Positions 51,154 to 61,747 of a DNA stretch of 64,000 nucleotides are shown one piece after another. The stretch comes from Schizochytrium sp. TIO01 (lineage: Eukaryota > Protista > Bigyra: Labyrinthulomycetes). Location: contig SMSO01000034.1 of assembly GCA_004764695.1 (NCBI GenBank), positions 682,001 to 746,000 of the forward strand, given 5' to 3'. Under the pieces are notes generated by a model. It worked only from the letters and a program-made list of their open reading frames with translations. It ran no database searches and was not told where the DNA came from. Made by a program: the position numbers and the translations under genes. How positions within the stretch are numbered: the stretch's first letter is position 1; every line of letters starts with the position of its first letter.

Positions 51154-52061
51154 CCGAAAAAAGAAAAGAAAAGAGAAAGAAGTTGATCACTTGCAGAAAA
51201 CTAGATAACAGTATGAAGCTAGCCCACTGCTACAGACATCTGGCAAGAGCATGACAACTTGAAGATGATAGGGATCAATTGAGCATAATGCATGAGAGGC
51301 TAGCTAAGAACTGAAAGTAGGCTTAGATGTCTTCGCATTCTTTCTTTCAAGTTCTTTCCTTCTTTCCTTTCAAAGTTCCTTTTCTCATTCTTTCTTTCCT
51401 TGAAATCCAACCTACCTGCCTACCTACCTACCTTCTAGTGCTAGTCACAGCATGAGTAATACCAGATACACTAAGGAGAGAGAGAATAAGAGTGACGACG
51501 TCGCAAAAAGAGGAAAAGAGATAGGGAGATCCAGATGACACTATGGATGTGTTATGGAATAGGCATAGTATTACTGCGGGGATGCGGTAGAGGGAATAGT
51601 CAGGAGCCTAAAGCGGACTAAACATTAAATTATCAGTGAGGAAGCAAACAACAAATGCACAGAGAGAGAGAGGGAGAAAGAAATGAAAAGTAAGAATATT
51701 TAGATACATCGTGAGGGAAAGACTCTCAGTGGCAGTGTATGATTGAGGATCAATGAGAGGGAGTAGTGACCTAGAAAGAGACAGTGTGCAGGAGGTAGTG
51801 GAAGACGTCTGAGGTTCACCAACAGTAGTAGGTCATGAAGATCAAGAACTCTATCTATACTAAGTACTCAAGAGGGCAGGCACAAAGAGGGGAGAGATGT
51901 AGTACCTCTAGCTAGAGCTAGGGAGAGAAAGAGCCTGAGAGTATGGGAGAGAGACTTGCTTCAATTCAATTTGAAAGATACACTGGAACTTGACGAGAGA
52001 ACAGGAAAAGAACTTCATCACCTTCATTTCATCGTGATTCCGAAGGCAAGAGAGCCATAAT

Positions 52062-52200
52062 AGAAGAAGAAGCAGAAGCAGAAGAAGCAGAAGAAGCAGA
52101 AGCAGAAGCAGAAGCAGAAGCAGAAGCAGAAGCAGAAGCAGAAGCAGAAGAAGAAGCAGAAGAAGATGAAGAAGATGAAGGAAGAAGATGAAGAAGAAGA
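52062..52200. repeat. (AGAAGC)n/(GAA)n microsatellite
   Basis: Direct reading. Confidence 0.9.
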
Positions 52201-54809
52201 AGCGAGGTACGAAGACCTCTTTCTTTATCTTTTTTATTAAGTTCTTCCTTTCCACCACTTCAATGAAGACCTGGCTAGCTAGTAGTGAGGTAGGCTAGCC
52301 GAAGAGCTACTGTAAGACTCCTGTGCATAATAGATCTTCGGTACTAAGTCCTACTTCTCAACAATGAGCGAAATTTGAGATAGAAAAAGGAAGGAAAAGG
52401 AAGGAAGATCTATCATCATCAGAATTTACACTCGCACGATAAAGACTTCAATTGTAGAAAACAGTTGTGATGAAATTCGAACTAAAGTATCAACTTTACA
52501 TTAATGTAAGAGAGATCCAGGTAACTAACTACCCACCTAACTACCTACCCAGTTTTACATTTCTACGGAAGTACCTACCTAAATAGCACTATTACTAGTA
52601 GTAGTCAGTCAGTCACTGGTTCTCTTCGTGAACCATGATCACCATAGGTATTTAGTAGAGGGCTCCTACCTACCTACCTACTTCTGTAACAACTTTTACT
52701 ATCATCATCATATCAGTCAGTAACTCAACTACCTAGTACTGTACATACATAAATACCTTTTCTAGACCTCTATAATCTAGGAATGTACCTGTCTTCAATG
52801 TGATTGTTATGCTCAAGTTTGTACTCAACTTTGAAAGAGATTGATATCATTGACTTGCCTCTAACTAGTTAGAGTGCCTACCAAGGTAGAGGTACTTACC
52901 ATTTATAAATTATGCACCGATATGTGTTGACTTGAGTTTTTACCCAAGCCAGAGGATTTACATGAATAGCCTTTAAGTACTAGTGCCAGTGTGATCATCG
53001 TGATGATGATTGTTGTGGAATAACCGATTCGTAGATAGAACTCTGAGAAAGTAAAAGCCCCGTACCCCTACAGTCAATGTCAACAATTTGTCAATGAGTT
53101 GTTTTGGCTGCAAATTGAGTTTTTACCCAAGTGAAAAGATTTTATTTTTGGATTACTTTTTTAATTGAAAAGAAACGTTAAAAACAAATTAAAATACATT
53201 TTAAAATTATAAGAAAAGGACTTGCCTTTTATGATGATAGGATAATTAAGTTCTTTGAGTAGGAACTACCATCTATCCATCTATCTACCTATCTACACTG
53301 GCTTAGTACCCTGTGACAGCAGAAGACTCGGAACCCAAAAGTGAATGATTATTTTGCAACTGCTGCCAAAATGAAAATGTCTAGCTACATTGATAAAAAT
53401 AATTAGTAAGTAGAAGATTCTTAGAGATGGGTTGCAAAATTGAGAATGTAATATCTTATGCGCCTCAGTACATACCATTCCAATGTCTGCTATACATGAT
53501 AGATCATGCAATGAATTCCTTTCGGAAGGAAGCCAAAATATCCAAATACAAAAATCCTCCACTTACTCTAAGATTATGGGTCTTTCTCAAGCCAACCAAC
53601 GCTCTGGTAAGCAGTCTTGACTAGAATGAACCATCAATGTATTAGCGTACCGCTGCACGATAACCCGAGAAGTCTATTGACCATCTGCAATAGCCCAAAT
53701 GACAATATCAGAATCATCACCGTTGTTTAGACAAAACCCAACTCATTGTGAGTGATCTGCAATCCCTTCTGCTTCTCCAAGAAAGACAATGAAATAGAAA
53801 TGATCGAAATTGTTGTTATTTACACGGTCTTAAGTCTGGTCAGAAGACTCGGAAAACAGTGTTTACTAGTATCTTCAAAAAGCTATGGGTTGCTTTTTAG
53901 TAATAGTGAGAAATCTGAGTTGAGTTGGAGAAACCATTTTTGTCTCGGCACATAATAGTGCTTGTAGCACTCACCCTCTACAACTGAACCGTGACCCAAA
54001 TGTGCTTTAAGAGGTATCGAAACTAAAAAGGAGTTTAATCTTCACAACGATATGGCTGCTAATAAGGTAAATTCAGTTGTGCTCTCTTTCAAATGTGCTG
54101 CTTTTTTTTTTTCACTTGGTGAGCGGTGTGAATGTAAATCTCTATTTTTTTTTTAATACATATAACGTCCACTCATTTAATTTCATCATTCACGTTATAC
54201 AACATGCCAGGTCGTCTCAGAGCTGTAGAACTGCGAACTCGAAGCAGAGACCAAAGAAAAGAAAAAGATGCAGACCGCAGCAAAAATAGACCAGTTCCAA
54301 CCTTTTATAATCCAGCTAGATATGTTGGTTCACAGGTACTACGAGAGTTCACTTCATCAAGAACACACTCACACTAGCTGAAAGTAACTCCTATCGATTC
54401 TTTCTAAAACCTGATAAAACTCAAGCCAAAACAATTAATCACTCATGGCAAAAATAAAACATACCTGCCAGGTACTATCTACTTATTATGATGAGTAATA
54501 CTACCTAGGTAGTACTCGCCTTAAACAGCTTAACAGTCCTTTCGTGCACTAGGTATTAGTACCTACTAAGTCCATGAAGGTATTTTTGGTGGGTGGCAGG
54601 CAGAGCAAATGCAGAACCAGGCTACACATGTCTCTGCCTGTGCCGACCACAAACGCTGAAGGATTTTTTCACTCCGAAACTTATATTTGAACATCATCAC
54701 ACTCTAGATACAGCTCCCGCGTTTGCATCTCCCTCTTACTTGCTGTTCTTAGACTTGGAAAGAGGTACGAGACTGAGGTTGTCACGAGAACCAAGACGTC
54801 AACAGGGAG

Positions 54810-55913
54810 ATGGCAACTCCAACAAAAGCGCTCAAGCGCTCAAAAGAAGATGACACCCATAAGGAGACTACCAGCACAAGCAGTAGCAGTAATAAGCAAT
54901 TTTTAGGTTCAAAGACCGATCTTGAGAACGAGAAGGCCACTACGTCAGAACGGCCAACTAAGAAGAAATATACGGTACGTGAACCTTTACAACATTTCTC
55001 AACACCAGATGATGTGATCCGCACCCTTCAAGAGGCTAAGCATATATTGGTCCTTGCTGGAGCAGGCATTTCTCAGTCGTGTGGAATACCAGACTTTCGC
55101 TCCCCGGCAGGGATATACACGCTTGTTGAAGAAATGGACCTTGGATTACCCCAAGCAGAGTGTTTGTTTGATTTATCGTATTTTGAGGACGATCCTGAGC
55201 CTTTTTATAAATTTGCCCACATTCTTTATCCAGACAAGAATCCTTTGCCATCTCGAACCCATCAATTCTTACGCCAACTGGAGGTTTCTGGCAAGCTAGG
55301 CAGGGTCTATACACAAAACATTGATGGTTTGGAGGCAGCAGCAGGCGTGCGTCGAGCCATTCAATGTCATGGATCTCTCTCCAAAGGTCGATGCCTACAA
55401 TGCCGCCGTGTATATAAGGCTGAGGTCTTCGCACCCGCTATTCGTGCAAAACAGGTTGCATATTGTCCTCGTCCCAAGTGTGAGGGCGTCCTTAAACCTA
55501 CTGTCACTTTTTTTGGAGAAGCAATTGATAACAAAGTTGAAGTTCAACTTGCTACGGATGCTGCGAAGGCAGATCTCTTACTAGTTATGGGGACATCGTT
55601 ACAGGTCGCCCCAATGTCAGGTGTCCCTGGTCTCGTTCCGCCATCAGTGCCTCAAGTTCTAATTAATCGCGAGTCTGTAAAACTTCGTGCAAATGTTTCT
55701 GCAGGTTTTGATGTTGAATTGTTGGGAAGCTGTGATGACATAATTGCTGAACTTCAAAGCCATCTTGTCATGGAAAACAAGTCTCGCTCTCGTACCACAG
55801 AAACGGCTCATGTTAAGCTTCAAAGCGTACAGCATAAATTTTTGTCTAATGATAGCAGGGCTCGTGCCTTCACTTTGCAAGACGTATCAGACGCAGTTGC
55901 CTCTCAAACTTAA
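54810..55913 (+). CDS. NAD-dependent deacetylase, Sir2/sirtuin class I-like
   Basis: GAGISQSCGIPDFRS, YTQNIDGLE, HGS, CxxC..CxxxxC, KPTVTFFGE, GTSL. Confidence 0.95.
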   Translation: MATPTKALKRSKEDDTHKETTSTSSSSNKQFLGSKTDLENEKATTSERPTKKKYTVREPLQHFSTPDDVIRTLQEAKHILVLAGAGISQSCGIPDFRSPAGIYTLVEEMDLGLPQAECLFDLSYFEDDPEPFYKFAHILYPDKNPLPSRTHQFLRQLEVSGKLGRVYTQNIDGLEAAAGVRRAIQCHGSLSKGRCLQCRRVYKAEVFAPAIRAKQVAYCPRPKCEGVLKPTVTFFGEAIDNKVEVQLATDAAKADLLLVMGTSLQVAPMSGVPGLVPPSVPQVLINRESVKLRANVSAGFDVELLGSCDDIIAELQSHLVMENKSRSRTTETAHVKLQSVQHKFLSNDSRARAFTLQDVSDAVASQT

Positions 55914-56248
55914 CTTGGAGCATACTAAGGGAACTTGATATGCTACAATTACCACAGCTTACCTTCCTTTGTTAAAAGGAGGGACAGGGTGATATTATTT
56001 CGTATGATAACGAGATCATTGATCCAGCATGAAAATGAAAACATGCTCTTCTTTAAATTTCTTTTACTTTTCACATCACAGTTTTCAATATCAAGAGCTT
56101 CTCTGCGTTTCTTCATCGCCCCTCCTTCTCTCAAACGGCCATTCACTACAAAGGTACAAATATCTATTAAGGGTTATTTGATTAGGTTGGTCTTTCTCTC
56201 TCACCTCTAAAGTCTTTAGTGCCCAGTTGAGTTACGAAAATCCGAGGC

Positions 56249-58510
56249 TTAATGCGATAAAAGACACTTTTGGCAAGCAACAACCCATTCATCATTTCGT
56301 TTAGTGTCGTTGAAGATCAAGTGCAGGACGAGACTTGCGCAGGCCAACCCTTGATTATCCAAGGCATTAAAAGCAGATTCCAAGCGAGTGATTGCCTTGA
56401 TAGGTGGCAGATCGCTCGCACGTGCGCTCATTCTGATATTCACATGAGCTGCAACCCACTCTTCGTCTGATTGATCGAGATGATTTTCTGAGCATGAATC
56501 CCTCGTCCATTGCAAAATTAGCGTCGACATTCTTTCCAACTCTTCAATGCTTTCTGCAGTCCGTTGTTGTTGGTCTTCTTCAGCTGCAGCAACCCAACCC
56601 TCAGGGAATGGTCTCATTTGCCCATCAACTGCGCACTCTGGCATTGCATAATTCTCATCGAAAAGTAGTTGTGGGACTTGATCATCCCCGCTATGGCCAT
56701 TTTGCAATAAGGAATCGAGATCAGTAGCCTCCAAGGTATGAAACAAAAACCTTTCTACTTCTGGCTGGATTGCTCGCGCTTGTACCAATGCATTGTTCAA
56801 CTCCCCAGCAAACAATGCCTCAAGCTTCTGAGTGGCAGACGTAGCAATATGGGAATTGAAAAGGCGACTGTCACCTAGAGGCCAACGACCGCTTTCATCA
56901 GGACCTGAAAATACTGTTTGTGGCTCATTTAATACAAGGCCGGACTCCTCACTCCGTGTCCAGGCATGCACATCAACTCCTACTGGCTGAATGCTTGGTA
57001 CGAACCAATCAGTATGAAAGAGTGCTCCACTGTGCAATGCCCCGATTGGACGCATGAAGTATTCATGACACCATTCATGAATATGTTGATCGGTATCTCT
57101 TTCTGCTTCGTTCCTTACCCCGCTAATTTTTGCCTTTTCATTTTCACGATTTACGTTGAGTTCATCAGCTTGATTATTCACCCATTCGACAGATCCGGCC
57201 TCGTTTGAAGAATTCCCTGCATCTCTGCCTCTTCTGAAGATTTCTTTGGCAGTCCCACTTTTTTCATCCAATCGCGAAAGATCCTTCCTTATCATCATCC
57301 TTTTCGCCCGTTCTCTTCTTATTAAGTCCCTTCCGCTGGTGGCGATGTCTTCTTCTGAGGCTTCATTGGAATCACAGTTTGTGTACATGGTCTGTAAAAG
57401 CGCTCGATCTGTAGATTTCAAGAGGTCTCCACCGAGCCTTAACGCTTCTTCTTTCCAATGACGCAAATCGATTTCCTGCTTGGGAAGAGTGACCTGGGGG
57501 ATAGAAGCAAACGTATGTTCATCCCACACTGCCTTGCGGTCATGAATCTGCGATTGTGCAAGCTCTGCGTTCGCTTCATCAGCTTTGGATTGGTCATCAG
57601 CTCGGTTCTCTAGGGAATCTTCTTGGGCTTGGGCCCACACACTCGCGGCCTGAAGCTGCGAACCAACTTCTGTGTCAAGACGACGAGAAAGTCTTTGTAA
57701 CATACTCTCTGTTGCTGTTGGTTGCCTCTGACGTCTGGTATTCAGAAGTACAAGTCGGTGAGGGCTTGTTGCGAGTCTAATTTTACCTTTGGCCTCAGCA
57801 CCAACTCCAAAGGTGCTTCCGTTTGAACCTTGTGCTTGCCCACTCACCCCATCCCCAGGTTGAATTTTCACGTCTGCGAATGAACCTCCCCGCGCTACCT
57901 GTGTGTTTGCACCTACTCCGTCAGGGGTTGGGACTCCATCGTATTTGCTAAGCTCGCCTTCGAAGAGTTTCTCGAAACATGCCTCATCCTGGCGGACATG
58001 CTGGGTAATTGAGTTATGTCCAATGTCACGAAATGCAGCAACTCGCATAGCTGCAAGAGCGCGCACAGTGTTGTCTTCTCTGCTGAAAACGCCGTTTTGT
58101 TGACAGCGATTGAAATATGGGTCTCGAATATCTTCTTCCAAAGTCTCGAGTCTGCGATGAATCTCTTGATCCACTATAACCCCTATGTGTCGCGTTGGAC
58201 TTGGTCCATTGTCAGGTCCGCTTGATGACAGTGCGCTGGAATTCGTATGTAAAGGATTAGACTGCTTTTCTCTTGAGGTTGATGTGTATGGGCTCAAGGT
58301 CATCGTAACACCTGCTGAATTTGAAGGTCCCTCCTGATGGAAATTACCTTGCTGGACGACCCTATGTGCAATATGCGCTCGTGAATTAAGCCACGGCATA
58401 GCCTTTACACTCACAGGCGCTAGATCATGAGTACTTCGTGAATCATGACGTTTCCTGCTCGGAGGCTCACCGGCATCTCCAGCGCCACGTGGCTTTATGG
58501 ACCGAGACAT
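56249..58510 (-). CDS. Hypothetical protein, 753 aa
   Basis: Long uninterrupted ORF with coding-like composition; no motif recognised. Confidence 0.75.
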   Translation of the reverse strand: MSRSIKPRGAGDAGEPPSRKRHDSRSTHDLAPVSVKAMPWLNSRAHIAHRVVQQGNFHQEGPSNSAGVTMTLSPYTSTSREKQSNPLHTNSSALSSSGPDNGPSPTRHIGVIVDQEIHRRLETLEEDIRDPYFNRCQQNGVFSREDNTVRALAAMRVAAFRDIGHNSITQHVRQDEACFEKLFEGELSKYDGVPTPDGVGANTQVARGGSFADVKIQPGDGVSGQAQGSNGSTFGVGAEAKGKIRLATSPHRLVLLNTRRQRQPTATESMLQRLSRRLDTEVGSQLQAASVWAQAQEDSLENRADDQSKADEANAELAQSQIHDRKAVWDEHTFASIPQVTLPKQEIDLRHWKEEALRLGGDLLKSTDRALLQTMYTNCDSNEASEEDIATSGRDLIRRERAKRMMIRKDLSRLDEKSGTAKEIFRRGRDAGNSSNEAGSVEWVNNQADELNVNRENEKAKISGVRNEAERDTDQHIHEWCHEYFMRPIGALHSGALFHTDWFVPSIQPVGVDVHAWTRSEESGLVLNEPQTVFSGPDESGRWPLGDSRLFNSHIATSATQKLEALFAGELNNALVQARAIQPEVERFLFHTLEATDLDSLLQNGHSGDDQVPQLLFDENYAMPECAVDGQMRPFPEGWVAAAEEDQQQRTAESIEELERMSTLILQWTRDSCSENHLDQSDEEWVAAHVNIRMSARASDLPPIKAITRLESAFNALDNQGLACASLVLHLIFNDTKRNDEWVVACQKCLLSH

Positions 58511-58876
58511 GTCAAGCTTATTGAATACATACGGATTAGTTGACGTATTCCAGGTGTATGAGCTTTTTGGTTTTATAGATTCCTTTTGTCCAAAACAACG
58601 TAGAGCAACTTGATAATTTGTTACTTTCCTTGTGATGTGTTGGATAGCAAGTTCTCAAATAGGTGCAGATTATTTTGTGGTGTCTTAGCCCTTTGCGTTT
58701 GTTCTGTATGTTCCTAGCAGGCCTTCAATCTCTTCAAGCTTCTAAAGGATAAGTAGCGACATATTAGTTCATTCTGTTATTGTATAGTACTCCTAGCACA
58801 ATTCGTAGGATTTTTGGTATCCGTTAGGTAGAAACAGATGTTTATATACCTTTGTTCGGTTTTCCGCGCAGACGAC

Positions 58877-59031
58877 GCTCCTGTAAGTTCGCACCACACC
58901 TCTGTCCTCGTCCAATTCGACATTGTACTCACAGATTACTCTTAACGACATTATAATTCACAGGTAGCTCAGTTGGTTAGAGCGTTTGGCTTATGACCAT
59001 AAGGTCCGGAGTTCGACCCTCCGCTGGAGCA
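58877..59031 (+). tRNA. tRNA-Ile(UAU) split by an 81-nt GT-AG intron in the acceptor stem (exon1 58877-58882, exon2 58964-59031)
   Basis: Perfect D stem GCTC/GAGC. Anticodon TAT at 58992-58994. Perfect T stem CGGAG/CTCCG with TTCGA loop. The 3' strand CTGGAGC-A pairs well only with the spliced 5' strand GCTCCT|G (6/7 pairs). T-run terminator at 59045. Confidence 0.85.
58883..58963 (+). other. Spliceosomal-type intron inside the tRNA gene
   Basis: Donor GTAAGT, branch-like CTTAAC (58941-58946), acceptor CACAG; these signals are shared with the ORC2 and CSTPP1-like introns in this window. Confidence 0.72.
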
Positions 59032-59044
59032 TTCCATCCAATAC

Positions 59045-59059
59045 TTTTTTATCTTTTTT
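59045..59059 (+). terminator. Pol III oligo-T terminator after the tRNA
   Basis: TTTTTT 13 nt after the discriminator A, followed by more T runs. Confidence 0.75.
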
Positions 59060-59524
59060 AATTTTATTTTTTTTAATTTAATAATATTAAAACGAAGTCT
59101 TTCCTTTTTGACCACGGGTGCGGCTCTTCGGGTTTCATTCCGCACTCCCTACTTGTCGAAAGTACAGCAGACTGTCTACTGCCAAAGTAATCGTGTCGTG
59201 TCAGTAGAAGGTGGTAAGTATCCTTTGTGTACTCTCTCCCCAAATAGTATCAGCTCCTAACTAAAATTATACCTACGTACCTCTACTCTAGCTAGATAAA
59301 GAAACGATGAACGTTTATTTCGATTTTGTTCTCTTGAGTTGAGCGAAGTTGCTGCAATTCAGGTGTCGTAACAGCTGATGGTAGGAAAGCAATCAAGTCG
59401 TCCTCCTGCCAGCCTCGTTTTACTTCACAGGGTCTGAAAGAGGGAACAGATCTTGTCTTGCGTTTACTTTCTTTGCTTACAATAAAGAGTAGAAAGGAAC
59501 ACGGGAAGTAGTTGGTTACTCACT

Positions 59525-60734
59525 ATGGCCCATCCTTCAAACGATGTTTTGGAGCTCGCAGTGCCTTTCCAACCGCTCACTTATACCCAAACACAAGATA
59601 CAGCACAGCAGCCTCTCGACATTGTCCAGACCTGCAACGTGCACATTTATATAAGCGAAGCTTTGTCTCCGATATTATGTAATTCGCATAGCAAAGGAAG
59701 TGAAGCAACATCGGCAAAGCAAACTACTACTTTGGTGAATCAAACAACAAAACATGGAGCACGTTCAAAATTATTCAGACCAAAGTCTGCACTCCGAACG
59801 AACAAAGCTAGTTCAAACCATTCTCGCAACCGTGCTACGAAACTAAGTCGTACTAGCTTACAGCGCTCTCGGAGGTCGCGCAAAGCTCAAGACACAACGG
59901 AAGATGATGGTGAGGATGCAGATGGTGATCCTGAGAGTGATCAGTCATCAACTGACGAAGGTTTTCGTGACCATGCTGAAAATGCAGAGGACGAATCTCA
60001 AAGTAATAGTGTAAACTGTGAGTTTGACAGCAGCGAAGAAGAAGACGAGTCTAACAGTCTATCAACGCGAGACAGTATATCATCAGAGCGCGGGAAAGGC
60101 AAAGGTACTTCTTGTGCTACAGCAAGTCTTAATTCCATCGAACGTCAGATTTCTGACCCTATCCGCTTGATTCAGAAATACTTGAACTCTGTACGAGCTG
60201 GAACTCATTTGTACCAGAGTAATTCCCTACATTTTGACTTCATCCTAGCAACTATCTGGAATCGAGCTTGCTTTGCCAAAATGCTTCTGAGCAGATTTCA
60301 GCTCGCAGATCAAAACAAACTTATCGATTTCGGAGAGTATCTGCAGCTATTGCGACTTCTATGTGAAGATTTTGCAGTTGACTTCCTTCGTGTTTCTTGG
60401 ACCTTAGCAGGTACACAAAATGGTCTTGGGGAATTTCAAGGTGGGCACAGTAGGCACTTCTAGCACAATGCTTCCTTCCCGCCTACCTTTGGGCTTGCTT
60501 AACCACGTCACAGCTGCGTGGGTGAAACACGAAGCCTTGTGTGTGAGAATTAGCGAGAGTATATGCCCATTAGAACCGAGGCTTGATGCTCCCGTCTCTC
60601 AAAACGACGTTCTTCAAGCATTACATGAGTTGAATCACTGTCCTTCTCGAGTCATTCTTGAAGCTCAAAATTTTTCGGGTGGCACTGTTGCAAACTTCAT
60701 AACCCTTATTCTGCTTGCCCTCGAGTCCAAATAA
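59525..60734 (+). CDS. CSTPP1/C11orf49 (UPF0705)-like protein; exons 59525-60440 and 60514-60734
   Basis: YLNSVRAGTHL...FDFILATIWNRACF...EYLQLLRLLCEDF resembles C11orf49. A 73-nt intron 60441-60513 (GTGGGC...CTTAAC...CACAG) joins the two ORFs in frame (~378 aa). Confidence 0.7.
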
Positions 60735-61747
60735 TGAACGAACCTGGTACCAAGCACTGTACTGTAGTATGTATATTCCCAGACATTTTCAGTCAGCATG
60801 CACCTGTGCTTTGTTTGCATCTCCTTGCATAGTACTGTAGCATGAATAGCCTATGCCATTTCAATCAAAGAAAAATAGAAAGAAACATTATGCACTATGC
60901 TTTCTAAATATTGCCTAGGTGGTCCGTGCTCGTTGCTTACTTTGTATTCAAGCTTTCTGATCTAATTGACTTGCTTAAATTCAGAATTCTTACTTTCACG
61001 ATCAAAATATGGTGTTTGACAAGTAAATCTCCTTTTTGAACAATCGATTTTTAGTAGTCTGAGATAAGAATAGCGAATAATGAACTGATGTTGACTTAGG
61101 GTCGTGCTCTTGACACCGATTAAAAGAGCAGAATTCATTTGACTTAAACGGTATTAATGACTTGTCTACTTGTAGAATTTTGATTTTGCTTAGGAATATT
61201 CGCGCGATTGCTACGTTTAAATGTAAGTTCTGTCTCTGACCAGACAAAATATCTAAAGGAATTTCCGCTTACGGAACTGTAAAAGATGTTTTCTGTCTGT
61301 CTTTTTTAAAAAATAAAACTTATCCGATTCAGCAGAAGTCCCAATTGTTCTAATAGTCATAATAGTCATAGTAGTCATAGTCGTTCTAGTAGTTACAGTA
61401 GTCATAGTAGTCATATGACTACTGTAGTCACAGTAGTAGAAGCGGGCTGACTAATTACGAGTTTATCTATTACAGTCTGCCAACTGAGTTTTGCAAAAAG
61501 CAATTTTGCATATGGATACGCAAGGGGCTATTGCCACGTGCATGGGCTGTGCATGACCTTACCCGTAATTTCGTAAAAAGTTAGCTGCTAAGTCTTTTCT
61601 TGCAGGGAACTCTACTGGAGCAGCGAGTGCGGCAACAGCTGCCATCACAGCAAAAGGAGGAGAGGTCTAGCTTGCTAACTAACTCTTTTCTCTGAGTTCA
61701 CCATAGATCAAGCACACAAAATCACAATTTAAGCTACAGAGGGCAAC

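Noticed and set aside
58930-58934. Alternative CACAG acceptor inside the tRNA intron
   Set aside because: Using it would leave 29 extra nt in the acceptor stem; only 58963 restores the cloverleaf.
60420-60513. Apparent frameshift in the CSTPP1-like gene
   Set aside because: Explained by a 73-nt GT-AG intron that restores the frame.
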